Source: Chloroflexota bacterium (lineage in GTDB: Bacteria > Chloroflexota > UBA11872 > VXOZ01). From it: DNA of 64,000 nt. The notes beneath the pieces were generated by a model. That model did no database searches, had not been told where the DNA came from, and worked only from the letters and a program-made list of their open reading frames with translations. The DNA lies in NCBI GenBank assembly GCA_964291655.2, contig OZ219802.1, positions 1,504,001 through 1,568,000 of the forward strand, read 5' to 3'. Below, in pieces: positions 1-8,809 of this stretch. Position numbers and translations under genes: made by a program. Position 1 is the first letter of the stretch. Each line of letters begins with the position of its first letter.

Positions 1-63
1 ACAACCTGCGCAGGAGTACGTGGCCTTGGCCGCTGCAAGAAGCACAACGATGTGCCTAAATCC

Positions 64-290
64 ATCCGTTCGTGCTGAGCCTATCGAATCACAACGGCGC
101 TTTTGACTCCATCCCGCTCGTGCTGAGACCGTCGAAGCGCAACGGCACGCCTGTCTCTATCCCATTCGTGCTGAGCCCGTCGAAGCGCAACGGCGCGCCT
201 GTTTCTATCCCGTTCGTGCTGAGCCCGTCGAAGCGCAAAAATGCGTCTGAATCTATCCCGTTCGTGCTGAGCCTGTCGAAGCACAATAAG
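64..290. repeat. Tandem array of 5 x ~48-bp REP-like units (core GTTCGTGCTGAGCCYGTCGAAGC)
   Basis: Units start at 64, 111, 159, 207 and 255. The variable parts resemble each other and are not unique spacers. Confidence 0.9.
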
Positions 291-404
291 GAAGGCAGTT
301 GACTTGAAGAGACTCGGTGCAAGCCGACGTTAGGCCACCCAACTCAATTCTGCGCAATTTGCAAAAGCAACAAGCCCATAGTGTTCTGAATAGAGTAACC
401 CCGA

Positions 405-824
405 ATGAATGACTCCGTCACATCACAGCCCCACGTTCCCACGGAGAGGAAAGGACGGCACAAGACCATCGCCGTCGTTGCCGAGCAATGGCACCTGCGG
501 GCGCTCGTGCGCGCCGCCGTGGAAAACAAGCGCACGCGCGTGGTCGAGGCATCGTCCCTAGAAGAACTGCGTACTATCGCGTGCGGCGCCCGCATCGATC
601 TCGCCATCCTCGAAGTTGAGGCCGTTTGCAATGACGAGGAACTGGAGTCGGCGCTGCTCACGTGGGACGGGCCGCTCGCAGAGGTGCCGGTGATTCTGCT
701 CACCGACCAAACGGCACCTGACGAAACTTTACTCCCCGGCTCATTTCCCCCATTTCGGACGCTCCACAAGCACTTCAGTCCCTTCGAACTCCTCAACTTC
801 GTCTACACCCTCATCGGCTATTGA
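405..824 (+). CDS. Single-domain receiver-like (pseudo-response regulator) protein
   Basis: Receiver pattern: IAVVAEQ, IDLAILEV (Glu at the phospho-Asp position), VPVILLT, KHFSPFEL. Confidence 0.65.
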   Translation: MNDSVTSQPHVPTERKGRHKTIAVVAEQWHLRALVRAAVENKRTRVVEASSLEELRTIACGARIDLAILEVEAVCNDEELESALLTWDGPLAEVPVILLTDQTAPDETLLPGSFPPFRTLHKHFSPFELLNFVYTLIGY

Positions 825-938
825 CCGGCTGGCAAGGTATACACCCCAAGTTGGCTAAATGCTCACAACGACATGCCTTGCCCCGATCGGCATGATGCGA
901 CAAAGTCCGTACAGGGAATTAGGCCCTTGCCGAGAAGC

Positions 939-1739
939 CTAGTCGCTGTACGCCGCCAGCAGCTTCTCCACGTGCGCGCGTACAGAGTCGCGATCTGCGC
1001 TGCAGACGAGGCACGTAAAGGGGAACTCGCCGGTGGCGCGGAAGCGGGCGGCGTTGGGGTAGTGGAAATCGCCGGTGTGGGTCATGAACTGGCCCCACCA
1101 GCCGTAGGTAAAGGCAGGGCCGGAGACTCTACTCTGCTCGGTCCACTCCGGCGGAAAGAGCGAGCGAAACGGCGGCAAGGAATTAATCCAACTGCCGCAC
1201 TGCACAATCCGGATATCCGGCCGGTCGTGTTCCAAGTCGTCCAGGAGTTTCAGTAGCAACCGCGTCAGGGCGGGCATGTCCCAGAAGGGTGACTTGGGCT
1301 GCACCATGTTCGTGAAGTGGATGTGGACGATGTCTTCCGCGTAGTCGCGGCTGAAGCTGCCGTAGGGCGTGGGCGGGATTACCTGTCCCGCACCCTCCCA
1401 GAGGTTGCCCTTGCGTTCGCCGGCAAGGCGCTCTTCCATCGTGGGATGTAGCAGGGCATAGGCGGCCTCTTCCAGCGCATCCGTAGCCGCGTCATGGCGG
1501 TGCTCGTGAAAGAGTGCTTTCAACCGGTCCACGAGCACATCCCACTCGGGGTCTGGGTGGCCCTGCGCAGGATGATGCTCGCCATCCCAGAGGTGCGTGC
1601 GCCGGTAGATGTCAACGCGGGCGGCGATGAGCTCCTCAAAAGGACGCTGCTCAGTCTGGAGCAAGCGGTGCACGTACCAGGTCTTGAGCTTCACGCACTC
1701 GCGGTCGTAGTTGCGGCGGATGTCTAGCCGAGATGCCAT
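939..1739 (-). CDS. Hypothetical protein (266 aa)
   Basis: Long ORF with natural globular composition; no family recognised. Confidence 0.75.
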   Translation of the reverse strand: MASRLDIRRNYDRECVKLKTWYVHRLLQTEQRPFEELIAARVDIYRRTHLWDGEHHPAQGHPDPEWDVLVDRLKALFHEHRHDAATDALEEAAYALLHPTMEERLAGERKGNLWEGAGQVIPPTPYGSFSRDYAEDIVHIHFTNMVQPKSPFWDMPALTRLLLKLLDDLEHDRPDIRIVQCGSWINSLPPFRSLFPPEWTEQSRVSGPAFTYGWWGQFMTHTGDFHYPNAARFRATGEFPFTCLVCSADRDSVRAHVEKLLAAYSD

Positions 1740-1835
1740 TGCTCAATTTCCTGACGGAAAGCGTTGCGAAACATTGTCTGACATGAGTAACCGCATTCAA
1801 GAGGTGAAGATTTCCCCTCACCCCAACTCTCTCCC

Positions 1836-2123
1836 TGTACAGACCGGGGACATAGGTAACAGTTGTTCGGGGACATGGGTTACACATTTTACTGATTGAC
1901 ACCTACGAGAGCATTGGGTTGGTCCGGGTTTGATAAGAGACTGGCGACACAGTGCACTCACTTTCAGCCTGTCAGCTTGTGCCAGAGAAACAAACTGTGT
2001 GCATAAGGATATTGAGCGGATCTAACTTTCAAGGCAAGGACATCGCATACTACGAAAATCCCCTCGTTCTATGGTGTAACCTATGTGCCCGAACATGTGT
2101 AACCCATGTACCCGGTCTATACA
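1836..2123 (+). mobile_element. 288-bp non-autonomous MITE, copy 1 (subtype A), IS481-like TGT...ACA ends
   Basis: TGTACAGACCGGGGACAT...ATGTACCCGGTCTATACA. Each end has two repeated CGGG-ACATRGGTWACA sites. 5-bp TSD CTCCC within a CCCTCTCCC/GGGAGAGGG hairpin. Confidence 0.93.
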
Positions 2124-2421
2124 CTCCCCAGGGAGAGGGGGTCATTGTCGCCCGCCTATCTTAGTAATGTATCGCACTGGAAGTCTGCGCGTGGCCCGAA
2201 CCAAGGTGGAGAGGGAGTCTCTCTTGCCCGCCAATCTTGCTCAAGCATCAGTCTGATGGTCCGCACATGCCCTAAACCAAGGTATGGGGGTCTCCAGGCG
2301 GGGATATAACCGTTTGCTCGATTCTCTCTTGAACGCTTCAAACGCCTGCCTAAACGCCTAGGGTCACCGTTTCGCCGGCTGAGCTTGTGGATGTGCTTAG
2401 AAACGATCCCGATTCTGTCGG

Positions 2422-3399
2422 CTACTCTTCCGGTACTACTGTAACAGGCAATCCAGTCTCGATAGATTGCCGCGCCGCCGTGATCAGGCGCATTGCCTCC
2501 ACGCCGTCCTCGCCGGTGACGATTGGCACTGTCTTGCCCGCCACACAGTCGAGAAAGTGGCTAATTTCCATATAATAGCGGTCGAGTCCGCCGACGTCCG
2601 TCTCCACCCGCTCGGTAACGTGATCCAGGCTAAAGCGGCTCCGTCCGGATTGAATGTCGATAACGATAGCGCCGCGTTCGCCGTAAATCTCAATGCACTT
2701 TTCCGAATGGGGCGACGACCAGCTTCCCTCCATGGCGCCGACCACGCCGTCCACACTCTCCGCCATGAAGACAACGGTATCGGTGCCGGCTATGTCTTGA
2801 GCGAGGGTCGCGCCCTTGGCGTAGATGTTCTTTAGCTCTCCAATTAGGTGGCGGAAGAGGTCGACGTAGTGAGGGCCGGACTCCCACAGGATGCCGCCGC
2901 CCCGCGCGGGATCTCCCAACCAGGTGCCGGCCATGAGCTCCACGCCCGCAAACCGGAGGCGGAAATGGTGCAGGGGGCCCAGCTTACCGGCATCGATCCA
3001 TGCTTTGGCTTTGGCGATGGGGGTATAGAAGCGGTTGCAGAATGCGGTCAGTAGATGGACGTTAGCGCGCCGGGCGGCAGCAACCATGGCCTGCCCCTCG
3101 GCCACGCTCATGGCCAGCGGCTTTTCACAGAGCACGTGCAGACCCCGCGCAACCGCCTGTTCGGTAATCTTGCGGTGGGAGGTCGGCGGCGTGCAAATGC
3201 TGACGGCATGCAGTTCTTCACTACGCAGCATGTCCGCGTAGTCGGTGTAGGCTTTTGCGCCGTACTCCTGCGCACGCGCCTCCGCGACGGCCAGAATAGG
3301 ATCGGCCACGGCCACAATCTGCGCCCGACCACTCTTGGCATAGCTGCACAAATGAGAATGGGAAATAGCGCCGCAGCCAATGACGCCCACACGGATCAT
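2422..3399 (-). CDS. Gfo/Idh/MocA family oxidoreductase
   Basis: MIRVGVIGCGAIS Rossmann motif, CEKP motif, GGG..ESGPHYVD. Start set at the ATG at 3399. Confidence 0.9.
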   Translation of the reverse strand: MIRVGVIGCGAISHSHLCSYAKSGRAQIVAVADPILAVAEARAQEYGAKAYTDYADMLRSEELHAVSICTPPTSHRKITEQAVARGLHVLCEKPLAMSVAEGQAMVAAARRANVHLLTAFCNRFYTPIAKAKAWIDAGKLGPLHHFRLRFAGVELMAGTWLGDPARGGGILWESGPHYVDLFRHLIGELKNIYAKGATLAQDIAGTDTVVFMAESVDGVVGAMEGSWSSPHSEKCIEIYGERGAIVIDIQSGRSRFSLDHVTERVETDVGGLDRYYMEISHFLDCVAGKTVPIVTGEDGVEAMRLITAARQSIETGLPVTVVPEE

Positions 3400-3487
3400 G
3401 GAAGAGCCTTTCTCTGTCGAATTGCCACTCCTCAGGCCATGCAAACCGGAAATGCAAGGAGCCCCTCACCCCAGCCCTCTCCCCCAG

Positions 3488-4039
3488 GAGACCTCTGCGC
3501 AACTCTAGCGGTAGCGAAATAGTTCCCTCTCCCTCGACGGGAGAGGGCTAGAGCCTGCCCCGTACTCGATACGTGTATAGACCGGGGACATGGGTAACAG
3601 TTGTTCGGGCTCATAGGTAACACCATAGAACGAGGGGGTTTTCGTAGTATGCGATGTCCTTGCCTTGAAAGTTAGATCCACTCAATATCCTTATGCACAC
3701 TGTTTGTTTCTCTGGCACAAGCTGACAGGCGGAAAGTGAGTGCACTGTGTCGCCAGTCTCTTATCAAACCCGGACCAACCCAATGCTCTCGTAGGTGTCA
3801 ATCAGTAAAATGTGTTACCCATGTCCCCGAACAACTGTTACCTATGTCCCCGGTCTGTACAATACGGGGGTGAGGGTGAATCTCCGAATTCTCTCCATAG
3901 CATACAGATATTTGCTCGGCTACATCTTGACACTGCACCAGCGCAAGGGGCCACCGCAACATAAAGATCCCCTCACCCCGACCCTCTCCCCGAGGAGAGG
4001 GAGGTTTGCTCGCCGACAGGTAAGTTACGCAAAGGTCTC
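3488..4039. mobile_element. GAGACC...GGTCTC-ended non-autonomous element (~259 bp without the insert), carrying two BoxC-like hairpins; hosts MITE copy 2
   Basis: TIRs GAGACCTCTGCGCAAC / GTTACGCAAAGGTCTC. CCCAG duplicated on both sides. Sits in the loop of a CCCTCTCCC-GGGAGAGGG hairpin. Confidence 0.8.
3574..3861 (-). mobile_element. 288-bp MITE, copy 2 (subtype B)
   Basis: TGTATAGACC...GGTCTGTACA. TSD ATACG inside the small hairpin CCCCGTACTCGATACGGGG. Confidence 0.93.
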
Positions 4040-4170
4040 CCCAGGGAGAGGGAGTCACTTTGCGCTTGCGGGTCGTTCGTACGCCAATCCCGCCGGTCGT
4101 ATGACTATGCCTCTGTTGAGCGATTCGCCGGGCTTCCGACCCCGGCAGAAGAAGATGCATGCCGTTTCGT

Positions 4171-4920
4171 TCATTGTTTTCGGCCTACCATGAGCCGAGT
4201 GAGCAAGCCGAACTGGGGCGGCGCGATTGCGAATGTCTCGCGTAGTGCCGGCGGCGCAGCGGCGAAGCGCGCACGCAACTCTTCAACAGCCTCCGGCGGT
4301 GTTTGCTGGCGGGCGACCCAATCGTCAAACTCCAACATCTTCAGCCAGGTGTGCGTCACCGCAAAGTTGAGGCCCGCCGCGTGAAAGAAGCCCTGCCACT
4401 CACCTTGGCTCCACTCGCGCACGTGCGAAGGGTCGCGCAGCACCTCCACAGCATTAATCCAGCGGTCCGCGATGGAATCGTCTGGTGACGTATTGTCCAC
4501 CACCAAGAAGCGGCCCCCAGCGGTCAGGACACGCGCCACTTCCTGCACCACGCGGGCGGGCTGTTGGAAGTGGTGCCCGGTGTAACGGCAAACAACGAGA
4601 GAAAAGCTCTCATCCGGAAACGGCAGGTGCTCAGCATTGCCGACGCTGGCTGCAAAATGAGCAATGCCGCGCTCGTAGGCATTGCGGCAGGCGGTCAAAA
4701 CCATCTGGGGCGTGATGTCAAAGCCGATGATTTGTCCCGCGCAGCGGGACAGAGCAAAGGCGGCGTGGCCCGCGCCGGTGCCGACATCCAGTGCACGGGC
4801 ATGTTGGCCGGGGCCGGCCTGCTCCACGAGCCAGTCCAGGTCCTCGCCCTCCGCGAAGGCCGCACTCTGGCTATACGCTTCTGCCGCACGGCCGAACTGT
4901 TTCTGAACTTGCTGATACAT
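4171..4920 (-). CDS. Class I SAM-dependent methyltransferase (UbiE/YcgJ-like)
   Basis: LDVGTGAGH, GNAEHLPFPDESF and LRDPSH motifs. Start set at MYQQVQKQF. Confidence 0.88.
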   Translation of the reverse strand: MYQQVQKQFGRAAEAYSQSAAFAEGEDLDWLVEQAGPGQHARALDVGTGAGHAAFALSRCAGQIIGFDITPQMVLTACRNAYERGIAHFAASVGNAEHLPFPDESFSLVVCRYTGHHFQQPARVVQEVARVLTAGGRFLVVDNTSPDDSIADRWINAVEVLRDPSHVREWSQGEWQGFFHAAGLNFAVTHTWLKMLEFDDWVARQQTPPEAVEELRARFAAAPPALRETFAIAPPQFGLLTRLMVGRKQ

Positions 4921-5008
4921 CGTCTCAGATAACCGTATCGCTCCCCAGGCCGGCAGACGAGATGACTCACTTACTCTGAGGTAATAACACCCATCCCAAG
5001 CTGTCAGC

Positions 5009-5244
5009 CCGCAAGACTCATTCTGCCTAGGAGACCATCGCACAGCCCAATTCTACAGGCGGCAAGACTCCCTCTCCCCTTGAAGACCCTACACGCCCAC
5101 ACCTAGCAGACCAAAAGACTCCCTCTCACCAGAAAGCCCCTGTGCACCCCTGCCCTGCAGGCCGCAAGACCCCCTCTCCCTGGGGAGAGAAAGCCCATGT
5201 GCACCCCTGCCCTGCAAGCCGCAAGACCCCCTCTCCCTGGGGAG
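5009..5244. repeat. Degenerating tandem array of ~51-57-bp units (GCAAGACYCCCTCTCCC...)
   Basis: Core recurs near 5011, 5062, 5114, 5164 and 5221. The two rightmost units are nearly identical. Confidence 0.7.
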
Positions 5245-5532
5245 TGTATAGACCGGGTACATGGGTTACACATGTTCGGGCACATAGGTTACACCATAGA
5301 ACGAGGGGATTTTCGTAGTATGCGATGTCCTTGCCTTGAAAGTTAGATCCGCTCAATATCCTTATGCACACAGTTTGTTTCTCTGGCACAAGCTGACAGG
5401 CTGAAAGTGAGTGCACTGTGTCGCCAGTCTCTTATCAAACCCGGACCAACCCAATGCTCTCGTAGGTGTCAATCAGTAAAATGTGTAACCCATGTCCCCG
5501 AACAACTGTTACCTATGTCCCCGGTCTGTACA
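5245..5532 (-). mobile_element. 288-bp MITE, copy 3 (subtype A)
   Basis: Reverse complement of copy 1. TSD GGGAG in a BoxC-like hairpin. Confidence 0.93.
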
Positions 5533-5943
5533 GGGAGAGGGCCGGGGTGAGGGGAATCTTCACCGTTACCGCCTATTGCCGCACGCTCGTCAGGACCGAA
5601 AATACATCCTTGGGACCAAGCCGTCTCATCCGCAGTCCCAAATCATCCAGCCTCCACTTAATCGCCGCGCTCCGCGCGGTTGCACAGCAACGACACAACT
5701 GTCCGCTCACGGCGGCTGTAACGTAACGACCTCAATGGGTCAAGCGGTCTCGATTCAGCAACTCCACGCCTCCGCCTCTCCGCATGGTAAAGGATGCGCC
5801 GCACTCAGGGCAACGGGAACATGACACTGGTTTAGTGCTATGCTAGAATCGTGGTTCGGGTGAAGAAGATGACACGTCCTTTGACGAATGGATATGTAAG
5901 TTTCTTTGTGTACGTAGCTCGTGGCAAGAAGGAGTTGCTCTTG

Positions 5944-6462
5944 ATGCGGTGGGGTTTGCGCGTTCCCTTGGCGCTCGTCGCGCTTGTGCTTTCGTTGATA
6001 CTTATCAGCGCTTGTGGTGGCGAAGAGAAAGCAGCCTGGAGTTGGGATGAAGACCCAACGCCCGAGACAGTCGCCTCCACAGATTCCTCTACCACCAAGA
6101 AAGATGATGCATGCGAACCGATGCCGGATTGCATCGAGGTTACCGTGGACCTTAGTAAGGGCAGGGCCGAGGACGGGATGGAGCTATTCGAGACAAAGGG
6201 ATGCGTCGCCTGTCATCAGGTTGAAGAAGGCGGCCCCGGTGGCACAATTGGCCCCTTACTTGCCGGTATTGGCGATCCCGCGGCGCGCCCGCAACTGGCG
6301 GCGGGTGATGAAGGTGCGGCAGGCATTCCCAACACTCCTGAGAATATCTGGCGCTGGGTGCAGTTCCCGCAAAAGATCAAGCCGGGAACGGAAATGGCGC
6401 CGCAACCCCTTGATGAGCAAGAGGCCGCTGACCTGGTAGCGTATCTGCAGACGCTGAAGTAG
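5944..6462 (+). CDS. Monoheme c-type cytochrome lipoprotein
   Basis: Signal peptide with lipobox LISAC, CVACH heme motif, distal KPGTEM Met ligand. Confidence 0.88.
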   Translation: MRWGLRVPLALVALVLSLILISACGGEEKAAWSWDEDPTPETVASTDSSTTKKDDACEPMPDCIEVTVDLSKGRAEDGMELFETKGCVACHQVEEGGPGGTIGPLLAGIGDPAARPQLAAGDEGAAGIPNTPENIWRWVQFPQKIKPGTEMAPQPLDEQEAADLVAYLQTLK

Positions 6463-6524
6463 TGCGTCCGGCGAACCGCAATTGGCCGCAGAGTTCGTGC
6501 GGCTCTTTCAGGGACCCGTAGTCG

Positions 6525-6983
6525 ATGCGCAGGCTTGTCCAAATCGCCGCAGGCCTATCTCTCGTCACTCTGTGGCTTGCTGCACTAACCGGCTGTCTTC
6601 CTTGGGATTCTCAGGAGCAGTCGACTGCTCAACCCATCGCGAATGGTGGTTCCCGCGCTTCCGCCAACCCGCTGTCAACCGTTCCGCCGGGAATTCTCGA
6701 CAATGGCAGCGCGACACAGGGCCAAGCGCTCTTCGCAAGCAAGGGGTGTACTGCTTGCCACCAGATCGGCGGTGAAGGCGGCAGCGCCGGTCCCGCCTTG
6801 GACGGCATCGGCGACCGGACGAAGCGGCCAACGCTGGCAGGCAACCTTGCAAACACGGCGGAAAACTTGTGGCTCTGGATCACGGATCCGCGATCGATCA
6901 AGCGTGATACCCTCATGGCGTCGCAGCCGCTCACTCCCCAAGAAGCCGTCGACCTCGTAGCATACCTGGAGACTCTGAAATAG
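6525..6983 (+). CDS. Monoheme c-type cytochrome lipoprotein (paralog of the upstream gene)
   Basis: Lipobox LTGC and CTACH. C-terminus DLVAYLETLK matches DLVAYLQTLK of the neighbour. Confidence 0.88.
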   Translation: MRRLVQIAAGLSLVTLWLAALTGCLPWDSQEQSTAQPIANGGSRASANPLSTVPPGILDNGSATQGQALFASKGCTACHQIGGEGGSAGPALDGIGDRTKRPTLAGNLANTAENLWLWITDPRSIKRDTLMASQPLTPQEAVDLVAYLETLK

Positions 6984-7053
6984 GTGACTGTGCAGGCGGG
7001 AGGACTCCCTCTACCTGGGAAGAGAACAGGCGAATGATCCCACTCTCCCTGGG

Positions 7054-7800
7054 GAGACTTTTGCATAACCCTTGCTGGGGCGAGAAAGTCCCCTCTCCCG
7101 GTGGAGACCTTTGCATAACCCCACTTTCAAGCAGGGGCACTCCCTCTCCTGGGGGAGAGGGTCTTTTTGCTACGATGGCCCTTTACGCTGGGCAGTGTCA
7201 AGACGTATCAGGGCAGATTTGGTGTGCATATGGAGAGATTTCACGAGATTCACCCTCACCCTAACCCTCTCCCATCTGTACAGACCGGGGACATAGGTAA
7301 CAGTTGTTCGGGGACATGGGTTACACATTTTACTGATTGACACCTACGAGAGCATTGGGTTGGTCCGGGTTTGATAAGAGACTGGCGACACAGTGCACTC
7401 ACTTTCAGCCTGTCAGCTTGTGCCAGAGAAACAAACTGTGTGCATAAGGATATTGAGCGGATCTAACTTTCAAGGCAAGGACATCGCATACTACGAAAAT
7501 CCCCTCGTTCTATGGTGTAACCTATGTGCCCGAACATGTGTAACCCATGTACCCGGTCTATACAGGGGAGAGGGCCGGGGTGAGGGGGTCCTTATGCTAC
7601 GATGGCCCTTTACGCTGGGCAGTGTCAAGACGTATCAGGGCAGATTTGGTGTGCATATGGAGAGATTTCAGGAGATTCACCCTCACCCTAGCCCTCTCCC
7701 GTCGAGGGAGAGGGGACATCCGCGCTGTGGCGAGGGTTATGCAAAGGTCTCCGCCGGGAGAGGGGACTTTCCCGCCCCGCGTGGGTGATGCAACAGTCTA
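7054..7800. mobile_element. Nested GAGAC-ended elements (outer 7054-7800, inner 7104-7751) with a duplicated internal spacer; hosts MITE copy 4
   Basis: Left TIRs GAGACTTTTGCATAAC (7054) and GAGACCTTTGCATAAC (7104). Right TIRs GTTATGCAAAGGTCTC (7751) and degenerate GTGATGCAACAGTCTA (7800). Confidence 0.7.
7277..7564 (+). mobile_element. 288-bp MITE, copy 4 (subtype A), no matching TSD
   Basis: Same sequence as copy 1. Flanks CCATC and GGGGA do not match. Confidence 0.92.
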
Positions 7801-7859
7801 CCCAGGGAGAGGGTTGGGGTGAGGGTGAAGCATCAGAATAAGGTCAAATTGAAAGCGTA

Positions 7860-8510
7860 CTAGCCCTTCTGGCTGGTTCCCCGCAGCACCCAACCCAGCA
7901 CTGCCACCACCACAACTAAGAGCACCGCAAAGCCCAACCACGCCGGAATAAATTCCTGTAAAGGACTTTCAGCGGACGTGGTTGCATCGGCCCCGGCAGC
8001 CGTTGAACGTGTCCGCTCAATCCGGAAACCGGACTGTCGATAGGGCTCGCTGGTACCCGCGGCAGGCACTTGGCCCTCACCCAGCGCGTCAATGTCCGAC
8101 TGCGCGAGCGACAAGCGGCGCGTGCGGCTGCAAGGGACTGCGGTCTCGCCGTCGTAGGAGTAGACCAGCCACTCCTGTCCCACGTAGAACTCCACCCCGC
8201 AACTGCCGCTCCACCATGCCGTTTCGATGAACATGGTGGCATAGGCCTGGCCTTTCCAGACGGCGTACACTTCGAACTCCACCAAGACGTACCCGCTGAG
8301 CAGCGCCGGTTCGCGCAGCGTGCCGTCGCCCCCGCTGACGTGCACAACCTTCCCCGAGAACACTTTTGCGCTCTGCGCCAACGCCTCGGTGGGAGAGGGC
8401 GTTTCCCCGCACGAGCACGCATCTACGTCACCTACGAACAAGAGAAAGCAAAATCCGGCAAAGAATATTGCTGAGGAAAATCGCAAGGCTTGAACGGTCG
8501 TCATCATCAC
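7860..8510 (-). CDS. Secreted, C-terminally membrane-anchored TIMP/NTR-like domain protein
   Basis: Signal peptide followed by A-CSC, VFSGKVV, FEVYAVWKG, SCGVEF..GQEWLVY and CSRT; C-terminal TM helix. Confidence 0.72.
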   Translation of the reverse strand: MMMTTVQALRFSSAIFFAGFCFLLFVGDVDACSCGETPSPTEALAQSAKVFSGKVVHVSGGDGTLREPALLSGYVLVEFEVYAVWKGQAYATMFIETAWWSGSCGVEFYVGQEWLVYSYDGETAVPCSRTRRLSLAQSDIDALGEGQVPAAGTSEPYRQSGFRIERTRSTAAGADATTSAESPLQEFIPAWLGFAVLLVVVVAVLGWVLRGTSQKG

Positions 8511-8809
8511 TTAATTATGTCTCATTCGTATGAAGCAATAACACTTGCCAACTCCCTGACTACTCCGTTGCAACGCAAGTACAAGTAGACGCACTAGGTG
8601 GGTTTCTCACTTAGCTGGTGGTCTAGTTACTCATCGTTGTATTTTTTTGTTTGCAACCTGATCCTGCGGAGTCCTGCAGATGCGAACTCTTAACCTACAA
8701 ACTCGAGGGTCGGCACAAGTTGACATACCGGTTGCGAACACTACCCGCACCTAATACATTGGATGGTGCGCGCAATTCGACTGGCAACAACAAGGCAAGG
8801 GAGCACAAG

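Noticed and set aside
64-290. Possible CRISPR array or repeat-protein ORFs
   Set aside because: The variable segments are ~20 bp and resemble each other, and no cas genes are present. Open frames on both strands simply follow from the 48-bp period.
1836-2123. MITE as a CAST/Tn7 mini-element or a guide/bridge-RNA carrier
   Set aside because: The TGTACA end and 5-bp TSD are suggestive, but no tns or cas genes are in the window and I saw no substantial internal match to the target hairpins. An IS481-like origin is simpler.
1836-2164. Recurrent small ORFs (MHSLSACQLV..., MSISKMCNPC...) as a gene family
   Set aside because: They are translations of the MITE that run out into different flanks at each locus, with no consistent stop.
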